A DNA stretch of 64,000 nucleotides from Gemmatimonadales bacterium (GTDB taxonomy: Bacteria > Gemmatimonadota > Gemmatimonadetes > Gemmatimonadales > GWC2-71-9): NCBI GenBank assembly GCA_037189525.1, contig JBBCJC010000005.1, positions 320,001-384,000 of the forward strand. Reading direction: 5' to 3'. Position 1 is the first letter of the stretch. Each line of letters begins with the position of its first letter. Positions 48,130 to 56,669 of the stretch are shown here, one piece after another. The position numbers and the translations under genes were made by a program. Below the pieces are notes generated by a model. That model was given only the letters and a program-made list of their open reading frames with translations. It ran no database searches and was not told the origin of the DNA.

Positions 48130-49017
48130 GTGACCGCCATTCGTACCGACGTACGCGACGAAATTCTGGGCGCCGAAGCCGGCAGCCTGTGGACCAAGTT
48201 CCGCCAACCCGGCGGGATGCGGGCGTTGCTGCGTCTGCTCGCCGCGGCTGGCTGGACCGTGTTCCTGTTGCCCGTTCTGATCGTCGGCATGGCTCTCGCC
48301 AGCCCGCGCGCCATCTGGCGGCGCCGGGCTCGCAACCGGGTCGTCCGGCTCTGGGCCCGGGGCCTCGCCTGGATTGCCGGGATGCGGATTCGCGTCTACG
48401 GCACCCCGCCCGCCCCGCCGTTTTTCCTGGTCGCCAACCACGTCAGCTACGTCGATATCCTGCTCCTCCTGGCCACCACCGAAACGACCGTCTTCGTCGC
48501 CAAGCGGGAATTGGCCGAATGGCCCTTTCTCGGCTATCTCACCCGCTTGGTCGGCACGATCTACCTCGATCGCGCGAGCCGCCGGGATGCCCGGCGGGCG
48601 GTGACCGCCATCGAGCACTGCACCCGATCGGGCGACGGCGCCATCGCGTTTCCCGAAGGAACCAGTTCCGACGGCGCGACCATCTATCCGATGAAGGCCG
48701 CGCTGTTCGAATGGGCCGTGGCCGAGTCGCGTCCGGTCCGCACCGCAACGCTGTACTATCAGACGCCGGTCGATGCGCCGCCCGCGCGCACCGCCATCTG
48801 CTGGTGGGGCACGGCGACGTTTCTGCCGCACCTGATCGATCTCTGCCGGCTCCACGGTTTTGCCGGCACCGTGCATTTTCATTCCGACCCGATCCACGGC
48901 GACGATCGCACCGCGCTCGCGACGCTCGCCCGGCAACGTATTGCAGCGTCCTTCGTCCCGCATCTCGAACCTTTGTCTCCAGCGGAAAGCGTCCAGTATG
49001 TCCACTCCTCGCCGTGA
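48130..49017 (+). CDS. Lysophospholipid (1-acyl-sn-glycerol-3-phosphate-type) acyltransferase
   Basis: NHVSYVD (HX4D), FVAK, FPEGT. Confidence 0.9.
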   Translation: MTAIRTDVRDEILGAEAGSLWTKFRQPGGMRALLRLLAAAGWTVFLLPVLIVGMALASPRAIWRRRARNRVVRLWARGLAWIAGMRIRVYGTPPAPPFFLVANHVSYVDILLLLATTETTVFVAKRELAEWPFLGYLTRLVGTIYLDRASRRDARRAVTAIEHCTRSGDGAIAFPEGTSSDGATIYPMKAALFEWAVAESRPVRTATLYYQTPVDAPPARTAICWWGTATFLPHLIDLCRLHGFAGTVHFHSDPIHGDDRTALATLARQRIAASFVPHLEPLSPAESVQYVHSSP

Positions 49018-49660
49018 GTTCCTCGAACGCCTGGCCACCGGCGCCGTCTTTGCCGCCGGCCTGGGCGCCCTCGATCCCGAAACGACCCACGCGCAAGCCG
49101 CGCAAACCACGGAGTGGGACACCCGGTGGCCCGATCGGATCAAAGGGAAACACCGCGCCGTATTCGATGCGCCGGAAATGGAAGCCGGCTTCGGCGTGCT
49201 GCGCGCCGTCATCTGGCGCCGGCAGTACATGGCCGCGCTGGGGGTCGACGGCTCCGACCTGACGGCGGTCGCCGTGATTCGCCATTCGGCCATTCCGCTG
49301 GCGATGAGCCAGGCCTTCTGGGATCGCTACCAGCTCGGGAAAAAGCTCAAGATCAAGGACGAAGAGACCAACAAGATCACGAATCTCAATCCGGTGCTGA
49401 CCTCGGACGATCAGCTCCCGGCGAGCTGGAAGGGGCTCAACCTCGACGGCTTTTTCGCGACCGGCGGGATCGCGCTGGCCTGCGACCTCGCACTTGGCTC
49501 GCTGATCTCGATCGTGGCCAAGGAGGACAAACTGGAGCGGCCCGCCGCGCGGGCTCGGGTCGTCGAGCATCTGTACCCGGGCGTCATCCTGCAGCCGTCA
49601 GGCGTCTTTGCCGTGATCCGCGCGCAGGAAGCGGGCTGCCACTACATCCGGTCGAGCTGA
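48998..49660 (+). CDS. Tat-exported hypothetical protein (possibly DsrE-like fold)
   Basis: PRREFL Tat signal; HRAVFD, LACDLAL, PSGVFAVIRAQEAG. Start ATG 48998. Confidence 0.7.
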   Translation: MSTPRREFLERLATGAVFAAGLGALDPETTHAQAAQTTEWDTRWPDRIKGKHRAVFDAPEMEAGFGVLRAVIWRRQYMAALGVDGSDLTAVAVIRHSAIPLAMSQAFWDRYQLGKKLKIKDEETNKITNLNPVLTSDDQLPASWKGLNLDGFFATGGIALACDLALGSLISIVAKEDKLERPAARARVVEHLYPGVILQPSGVFAVIRAQEAGCHYIRSS

Positions 49661-49674
49661 CGCCGACACCACTC

Positions 49675-49719
49675 ACGAAAACGGGGGACCCGGCAACCTG
49701 CCGAGTCCCCCGTTTTCGT
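49675..49719. terminator. Bidirectional intrinsic terminator
   Basis: ACGAAAACGGGGGAC-C-CGGCA-ACC-TGCCG-A-GTCCCCCGTTTTCGT between convergent genes, with A and T tracts flanking. Confidence 0.85.
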
Positions 49720-49731
49720 TTCGAACAACCC

Positions 49732-50739
49732 TCAGCGACCGGGATTGAAGAGGAAGAAGTCGTAGGCGGCCCGCGCTGCCTGCGCAATGGCGCGTTCCTG
49801 CACCGGCGTCTCGCGGGTCGAGCGCTTGACGAAGGCGCTCACGACGACATGACCGCCGTTGTTCGGCAGTTCGATGATCCCGACATCGGCTGCTACACCC
49901 AGGCCGAGCGTTCCGGTCTTGTGAGCCACGCGGATATCGGGAGGCAGCAGGCCCTTGATCCGGGCGTCGCCGGTTTCGCAGCGATACATGATGTCGAGCA
50001 GGAGCGCCGTGCTGGCCGGGCTCAGCGCCTCGCCTTTGAAGATCTTCCGAAGCAGCGTCGTCATCCCTTCCGGGGTCGCCGTATCCCGCTTGTCGGCATA
50101 GAATCGGTCGACCGCCGCCTTCCGCTCCTCGTCGGTCCGAGGCCGAGGCAGGCTCCGGAACAGGCCGGGGCTCCACTGCCCTTCCGGAGGCAGATTGGTG
50201 ATCCCGACGGCATCGGCAATCAGATTGAGGGTCGGACGATCGGCCGAGACGCCGCGGACACCGAGCGCCGCCATCCGTGCATTGACGCGCTCCCCGCCGC
50301 CCACGACCCTAAACAGAATATCGGTCGCCGAGTTGTCGCTGATCAGCAGCATCAGCTCGAGCAGATTCCGAATCGAGAGCGCCACACCCGGATCGTCGAA
50401 CAGCCGCGTCAAGGTCCCGCTGCCCGGATGCAGGTCACTCGGTTCCAAGGTGATCATGCTGTCGAGCCGGAGCCGGCCTTGGTCGACCTGATGCAACAAT
50501 TCCACCGCGAGCGGGACTTTGACCGAACTGGCCATCGGGAAATGATCACCGGAGCCCACGAAGACTTCACGTCCGGTTTCGATGTGATGAATGCCGACCC
50601 CCAGCACACCGCCCGAGATCGGCGCCACCCGTTCGATTTCGGCTTTGAGGAGATCGAGTCGGCCACCTTGGGCAGCGACGGGCGTGGCGGCAACGCCGAG
50701 GGCGACTGCCACGCCGACAGTTCGGAGGAGAGTCCGCAT
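49732..50739 (-). CDS. Class A beta-lactamase-like serine hydrolase lacking Glu166
   Basis: FPMASSVK (SxxK), SDN, HKTG; DRPT where class A enzymes have DRxE. Confidence 0.85.
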   Translation of the reverse strand: MRTLLRTVGVAVALGVAATPVAAQGGRLDLLKAEIERVAPISGGVLGVGIHHIETGREVFVGSGDHFPMASSVKVPLAVELLHQVDQGRLRLDSMITLEPSDLHPGSGTLTRLFDDPGVALSIRNLLELMLLISDNSATDILFRVVGGGERVNARMAALGVRGVSADRPTLNLIADAVGITNLPPEGQWSPGLFRSLPRPRTDEERKAAVDRFYADKRDTATPEGMTTLLRKIFKGEALSPASTALLLDIMYRCETGDARIKGLLPPDIRVAHKTGTLGLGVAADVGIIELPNNGGHVVVSAFVKRSTRETPVQERAIAQAARAAYDFFLFNPGR

Positions 50740-50829
50740 AGGGAGCTTCCTTAAAGAGAGATTTCAGAGGAGAATCGACCCGGCGGTCGAACGGTGCCGA
50801 AAAGTAACCTCCGCCCCGGTGGGGCTGCC

Positions 50830-53220
50830 CTAGGGGGTCACGAACAGCGTGGCCCAGTCCCGACCCTGACGTGCCATGGCCTTGAGATGCAGGACCTTGG
50901 CGGCGGCATCGTAGAAATAGCGGTCGCCGGTGCTGGTATCGAGTTCCGCCAGCGACGCGGCAGCCGGGATTGTCGTAGTCGTGCTGTAGTCCCGATAGAC
51001 TCGGATGCCGGCGCCCTGATACGGCAACGCCAGCCGGACCCAGTCGCCCTGCGCGAGGCCGTTGGCGTAGAACTGTGGCTTGGTGGGCAACGCCGTCCGG
51101 TGGACGACCCGGTAGGTGCGCCCGGCGGGTACCGTCGCCGAGACGTTGTACGCCTGTCCCGGCACGCCGACATATCCGGTCGTCGCGCCGTCGTCGCGCA
51201 CCAGGTCGAGCGGTGCCACCGCCGCCTGGTCGGCCGAGCGGATCCGGATGTTGACGTAGCGCCCGCCGCAAATGTGGGCGTTCCAGGTCGCGTCGAGCCG
51301 GCAGCCGGGCGTCACCATCACGTTGGCGCGCGACACGACGAACTGCCCGGCAACCCCGGTCAGGCTGCCGTCCGTATCGAGCACGGCCGAGGCCTTGTCG
51401 CCGTCTTTGTCGTCCCGGGGATTCTCGAAGTAGAGCCGGTTGGCGTTCACGAACGACAGCTGCGCAGCAAAGTTGCGGGGGTTGACCGGGAACCCGTTGG
51501 CCCGATTGTACCCCAGCGCGCTCATGTAGTTCGACCCGCTGGGTATGAAGTTCACGAACGTCACCCGTTCCGCGCCGACTCGGCCGTCGTAGAACTCGTA
51601 GCCGCGGACCGGGAAGTTGGCCGTGAACGCCGTGGCCGAATTGTCGGTGCGCCCCACGATCAGGGCGGCTTCGAGGAACGACTCGCTCGATGCGAAGGTG
51701 GCGCCGATGTGGTTGTCGCTCAGCACGGCGCCGATCAGCTTGTGGCCCGTGCCCCGAAGCCAGACGGCGCGGCCGCTGTGCTTGTAGCCGACGAAATTGC
51801 GGAAGACCGTTGGCACCACGGCCGAGCTGGTGTTACCGGGCGTTTCGCGGGCGGTATGATGCGCGGTTTCGATGGTGCCGTCGGGTCTCGGTCCATGATC
51901 GACGTTGAGCCCTGTGTTCCGGTTCGAATGCGCCACGTTGTCCGAGAACTCGCCTAACGCCGTCTGCCTGGGCAGCGCCGGATGCCCCGCCGACATTCCC
52001 GTCGGCGAAACCGGCAGGGCATACCAGAACCCGAAGCCCCTGGAGCCCGCCGCCACGTTGCGCCGAAGGACGTTATCGGGATTGGTAATCCAGAACGTGG
52101 CGGGGTCGTTGTCCGACGGAAGCACCCGGTCGGCCACGTCGGGCCGCCGGGTGACCAGGCCGAGATTGTCTTCCAGGATGTTGCCGGTCTCGGCGCCATC
52201 CTCGAGAAAGTAGGCGTGTCCCAGGTTGTCGTAGCAGACGTTCCGCGCCACCGCGAGGCGCTGAGTACCGTGGATCGTTAGGCAGCGGTTGAACGTCTTC
52301 CAGACGCTGTTGTTCCGGAAGTACTGCCCCTCGACCGAGCCCGCCATGTGCCAATGCATCGGGTAGCGGGCCAGCTTGCCCTTCTGCCCCATCCGGGTGA
52401 ATTCGACGCCCTGCACTCGCGCCTCCGCCCCGGCGTTGACGACGACCTGTCCACCGGACCCGGTCGTGAGACTGGTCGAGTCTCCCCGAATCACGATGTT
52501 GCGGCTCAGGAGCCCAATCTCGCCGCGCTGATCGACCGGCCGTCCCTCGATCTGCTGGACCACGCCCCAATGGCGATACCGGAGCGCCGGCTGGAATGAC
52601 ACCGTATTCCCCTGCACCGCTGTGACGACGACTTCCTCAGCCTGAAACGGATCGAAATCGGTCGAAGCCAGCACGATGCGTTCACCGGCGCGCCAGTCGA
52701 CCGAACCGGCCAGCGAAAGCTGGGTAGCGCCCGGCTCGGCGGTGGCGCTCAACTTCGTCCACGTAGTCCGCAACTCGCCATGCAGATCGAGGGTTCCGCT
52801 CAGGACCGCCAGGACCCGGCCACCCATGCCCTGCACGTCCTCGGTATCGGAACCGGTCAGGGTGATCGACGCGCGATGGGTATAGGGCGCATCGGCCGTC
52901 CCGATGCGAAGCCCGCCGCGGACCACGATCCAATCGGCGGTCAGATCGAGATCCTGCCGATCGAAATGCAGCTGACCGTCGATCGTCAGATTGCGCAGCG
53001 CAGGAGGCGATACGTCGAGCACCACCACCCGATCCGCGGGGATGGTCACCGATTCACCCGCAGCCGGGACTCGATTCCCGGGCCAGATCGAAGGGTCGGA
53101 CCAGCGGAGGGCGCCCGGCGGCGAGCCGGGGGGCGGTTCGAGGTGCTCCCGCTCGGTAATGCAGGCACCCGTCAGGGTAACCAAAAGGACGGCGTGACGA
53201 ACAGCAGATGACCGTACCAT
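50830..53220 (-). CDS. G8-domain + parallel beta-helix lipoprotein (TMEM2/CEMIP-like)
   Basis: Lipobox TGAC; WSDP..W...VP..G..V.IP G8 start; GQ...ARYPMHWH, NRCLTIHGT, GHAYFLEDGAE, FWITNPDN, AAGS.GFGFWY. Confidence 0.82.
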   Translation of the reverse strand: MVRSSAVRHAVLLVTLTGACITEREHLEPPPGSPPGALRWSDPSIWPGNRVPAAGESVTIPADRVVVLDVSPPALRNLTIDGQLHFDRQDLDLTADWIVVRGGLRIGTADAPYTHRASITLTGSDTEDVQGMGGRVLAVLSGTLDLHGELRTTWTKLSATAEPGATQLSLAGSVDWRAGERIVLASTDFDPFQAEEVVVTAVQGNTVSFQPALRYRHWGVVQQIEGRPVDQRGEIGLLSRNIVIRGDSTSLTTGSGGQVVVNAGAEARVQGVEFTRMGQKGKLARYPMHWHMAGSVEGQYFRNNSVWKTFNRCLTIHGTQRLAVARNVCYDNLGHAYFLEDGAETGNILEDNLGLVTRRPDVADRVLPSDNDPATFWITNPDNVLRRNVAAGSRGFGFWYALPVSPTGMSAGHPALPRQTALGEFSDNVAHSNRNTGLNVDHGPRPDGTIETAHHTARETPGNTSSAVVPTVFRNFVGYKHSGRAVWLRGTGHKLIGAVLSDNHIGATFASSESFLEAALIVGRTDNSATAFTANFPVRGYEFYDGRVGAERVTFVNFIPSGSNYMSALGYNRANGFPVNPRNFAAQLSFVNANRLYFENPRDDKDGDKASAVLDTDGSLTGVAGQFVVSRANVMVTPGCRLDATWNAHICGGRYVNIRIRSADQAAVAPLDLVRDDGATTGYVGVPGQAYNVSATVPAGRTYRVVHRTALPTKPQFYANGLAQGDWVRLALPYQGAGIRVYRDYSTTTTIPAAASLAELDTSTGDRYFYDAAAKVLHLKAMARQGRDWATLFVTP

Positions 53221-53660
53221 CGACCACTCCGGCAAACGAACGGAATCAGACCGGAATCGAGTCTCACTGCGGAGTCCGATTCCGACCGATGAAATTCAGA
53301 TATGCCGATGTGGTCGCACATTCCACGCCGCCCCAATGCCCGGACGGCGGTTGCACGCGCCGAGCTAGATCGGGTCTCCCGACCGGCGATCCGCGCAATC
53401 TTTCGCAGCCGGTGGCTCGAATCCGCGCTCGGCCGTCAAAGCATCGGCTTCGGACTCGGACGGGGCCCACCAGGCATATAGCACGATGCGAGGCCGCTCC
53501 GCGCGGGAACGGGCCCGCGCCAGCGGCGGCAGGTCGAAAGGCAGAGGAATCGAGGTCATTTGCGAAGTCCTTTGTGGATGTCTACGTTCCAGACAATCGT
53601 CCCCCCCCGTTACCCCGTCGTGACTGCTATCGTTTCTCGCTTCGTGACACCTTTACCGGC

Positions 53661-56279
53661 ATGATCGAGCTTCGCACTCTGGGAGCGGTCGACCTTCGTT
53701 CCTCGGACGGGGCCGAGCTTCGGGCCGTGCTCCAGCAGCCCAAACGGCTGGCGCTCCTGGTCTATCTGGTTTCGGCCAAACCCGGCAAGCTGATCCGGCG
53801 CGACTCGCTCCTGGCCCTGTTCTGGCCCGAGTTGGATCAGGACCACGCCCGGGCCGCCCTGCGCCGCGCCCTCTACTTCCTGCGCCAGGCGGGCGGATCC
53901 GATCTGGTCGTAAGTCGGGGCGACGAAGAGGTCGGGGTGGCCAGCGACCGGATCTGGTGCGACGCCAACGCATTCGACCAGGCCATCGACGAGAACCAGC
54001 TGGAGCAGGCGCTGGAAGCCTACCGGGGGGATTTTCTCGACGGCTTCTACGTCCAGGGCGCGCCGGAAGCCGAGGCGTGGCTCGACCGGGAGCGGATTCG
54101 GCGCCGGTACGACGCGGCCCTGGCCTCCTGGCGCCTGGCTCGGACCGCCCTGCCCGACTTGTCCGCCGCTGCCCGCTGGGCCCAGCGGGCCATCGAGCTG
54201 GCGCCGCAGGACGAGGACGCCATCCTGGCCTACCTCCTGGAGTTGGAGCGGCGGGGCGAACGCAGCCTGGCCCTCCGCCTCTATGCCCAGGCCGCCGAAC
54301 GGATCCAGACCGAGTTGGGCACGGCGCCCCACGCCAAGCTGACCTCGGCGGCCGAGCGAATTCGCAACGCCGGACCGGCGGCAGCGGCGACCACGGCCAC
54401 CACCACGCGCGACGAATGGCTGGTGGCCGTCTGTCCGTTCGTGGTCCGCGGCGATCCCGCCTTTGCCTATCTCGCCGAAGGCATGGTCGATCTGCTCAGC
54501 ACCAAGCTCGACGGCACCGGCGCGCTGCGCACCACCGACCCCCGCACCGTGGTGCAACTCGCCGGACCAACCGCCTCAACCGGCGCCGATCTCGCCACCG
54601 GGGCGCGAATTGCCGACCAGCTGGGAGCCGGGTTGTTCGTCATCGGCACCATTGTCGAGAGCGGCGGACGGCTCGAAGCCAGTGTCAGCCTGCATCAGGC
54701 GGATCGGACATTACGTGCCAGGGTCGAGGGACGCACCGAAACGGAAAGCGGCCTCTTCGACCTGGTCGACGAACTGATCCGTCGCCTGGTGGCCGACTTC
54801 GATCAATCCGCTGCGGGCCGGTTGAGCCGGCTCGCCGCCCTGACGACGAGTTCGCTCCCCGCCCTGCGCGCCTACCTGCAGGGCGAACACGAGTTCCGGC
54901 TGGGCCGCCACCTCCAGGCGCTCGACCTGTTCCGGCGTTCGACGGTCGAGGATCGCTCGTTTGCGCTGGCCTACTATCGGCTGGCCTCATCGCTCGCGGC
55001 CAATGCGCTGATCGGCCCGGCCCGGCAGGCATCGGCCGATGCCTACCGCCATCGCGACCGGCTTTCGGACCACGACCGTCTGCTCCTCGAAGCCCAGCAC
55101 GCCTGGCTCCATGGCCACACCGGCGAGGCGGAGCGCCGTTACGTCAGCCTCACCATGGCCTTTCCCGAGCACGTCGAGCCCTGGTACCTGCTCGGCGATC
55201 TGCTGCTCCACGCCAATCCGTACCGGGGCCGCTCGATCGCGGAGGCGCGGGAACCGCTGGAGCGTGCGCTACGCATCGATGGTGCGCATGTCGGCGCGCT
55301 GACCCAGTTGGCCCGGATTGCGGCCATGGAAGGACGTGGCGACGATCTGGCCCGCCTGGTCGAGCGCGTCCTCCAGCTGAGTCCCACTGCGGACCAGGCG
55401 TTGGGGCTCGAAGTGCTGCGGGCGTTCGCGCTCGGCTCACTTGCTGAGCAGGATGCGGTGGTCGAGTCGGTGGCCAAGGCGTCGGGGCTCGTGATCGCGC
55501 GCGCATTTACGGATATCGCGCTCTACGTCCGCGATCTGGAAGGCGCCGAGCGCCTTGCCGCCGCCGTGCTTCCCGCGGCTCGGTCGACCGACTTTGCGGC
55601 CTTGGGCAATATCATCCTGGCGCATCTCGAGCTGGCGCTGGGCCGCGACGAGGCCGTCACCACCCGGCTGACGACCGCGAGCCGTCTCGAACCGGTCTGG
55701 GGCCTCGAACTGCGCGCCTATTTCGCCGCGCTGCCGTTTGCCGAGGTGGCGGCCGAGGTCCGCGATCAGGTCCAGGCCGAGCTCGAGGTCTGGAACCCCG
55801 ATGATCTGCCCGCGAGCATCGCGCCGCCGTTCGTATTTCACGACGGGCTGCATCCGCACCTGCGGAGCTACCTGCTCGGTCTCCTGGCCGCCCGCCGCAA
55901 CGACTCGGCCGCCGTACGTCTGGCTGCGGAAGCCCTCTCCGAGTTGGCGGTCCCAGCCGGCGCCGAAGCCATGGCCGAACAGTTGGGACGCACGCTGGAT
56001 GCGCTGGCGTGGCGGCTCGAAGGCCGCCCCGGTGACGCGCTAGCCGCGCTGGAACGGTTGAAAACCGATGTCTGGTTTCAGTACGCCGTCGGATCGCCGT
56101 TCTTTGCCGGTACCTACCAGCGCTATCTCCGCGCCGAGTTGCTGGAGCAGGTCGGTCGCGTCGATGAAGCCATCCGATGGTGGGAGACCATTGCCCAGCG
56201 GTCGCCGTTCGAACTGGCGTTTGCCCCGGCCGCGGCCCGCCGTATCAAACACGCTGCCTCACCCCAGGTGTCATCATGA
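53661..56279 (+). CDS. SARP/BTAD-domain transcriptional regulator with TolB-like and TPR regions
   Basis: LRTLG, QPKRLALLVYL, RRDSLLALFWPE..ARAALR, YRGDFL..F, VAVCPF, TTSSLPALRAYLQG. Start ATG 53661. Confidence 0.85.
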   Translation: MIELRTLGAVDLRSSDGAELRAVLQQPKRLALLVYLVSAKPGKLIRRDSLLALFWPELDQDHARAALRRALYFLRQAGGSDLVVSRGDEEVGVASDRIWCDANAFDQAIDENQLEQALEAYRGDFLDGFYVQGAPEAEAWLDRERIRRRYDAALASWRLARTALPDLSAAARWAQRAIELAPQDEDAILAYLLELERRGERSLALRLYAQAAERIQTELGTAPHAKLTSAAERIRNAGPAAAATTATTTRDEWLVAVCPFVVRGDPAFAYLAEGMVDLLSTKLDGTGALRTTDPRTVVQLAGPTASTGADLATGARIADQLGAGLFVIGTIVESGGRLEASVSLHQADRTLRARVEGRTETESGLFDLVDELIRRLVADFDQSAAGRLSRLAALTTSSLPALRAYLQGEHEFRLGRHLQALDLFRRSTVEDRSFALAYYRLASSLAANALIGPARQASADAYRHRDRLSDHDRLLLEAQHAWLHGHTGEAERRYVSLTMAFPEHVEPWYLLGDLLLHANPYRGRSIAEAREPLERALRIDGAHVGALTQLARIAAMEGRGDDLARLVERVLQLSPTADQALGLEVLRAFALGSLAEQDAVVESVAKASGLVIARAFTDIALYVRDLEGAERLAAAVLPAARSTDFAALGNIILAHLELALGRDEAVTTRLTTASRLEPVWGLELRAYFAALPFAEVAAEVRDQVQAELEVWNPDDLPASIAPPFVFHDGLHPHLRSYLLGLLAARRNDSAAVRLAAEALSELAVPAGAEAMAEQLGRTLDALAWRLEGRPGDALAALERLKTDVWFQYAVGSPFFAGTYQRYLRAELLEQVGRVDEAIRWWETIAQRSPFELAFAPAAARRIKHAASPQVSS

Positions 56280-56638
56280 AAGCAACCATGCGACGAACGA
56301 CCTCAGGCCTCCTGATCGTGGGCACACTGAGCGGATGCACCGCGTGGCGCACCCAGAACGTGCCGGTCACGGAAGTGCTGGCCAGGAACCCCGAGGTCGT
56401 TCGAGTCAGCACCGCCGACTCCTCGGGCATCACGGTCTTCAGTCCGAAGATTCAGAACGACACCCTGACGGGGTTCCCGACCGATCTCGCAATTCAGCGG
56501 GTCAACGTCCCGGTCCGTGACATCACCGGCGTCTCGACCCGCTACAAGCACATCGGCAAAACCCTCCTGGCCGGACTCGCGATCCTGGGAGGGGTTGCGG
56601 TGTATGGACTGCTCCAGACCCTCAACGCCGTCCAGTAG
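56276..56638 (+). CDS. Small lipoprotein with C-terminal membrane helix
   Basis: Lipobox LSGC; ATGA overlap with the regulator. Confidence 0.7.
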   Translation: MKATMRRTTSGLLIVGTLSGCTAWRTQNVPVTEVLARNPEVVRVSTADSSGITVFSPKIQNDTLTGFPTDLAIQRVNVPVRDITGVSTRYKHIGKTLLAGLAILGGVAVYGLLQTLNAVQ

Positions 56639-56669
56639 CTCGGCATAACGGCGCCGCGCACCTGCCAGG

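Noticed and set aside
53252..53284. CGGAATCG...CGATTCCG stem resembling the 44662-44683 hairpin
   Set aside because: Only 8 bp, with arms in opposite order and a different loop; likely coincidence.
53208..53660. N-terminal extensions in the ORF track (also on pseI, pseC, MFS, susD, ADOP)
   Set aside because: They overlap neighbours and are low-complexity; downstream starts have an RBS, stop/start overlaps or the expected family N-terminus.
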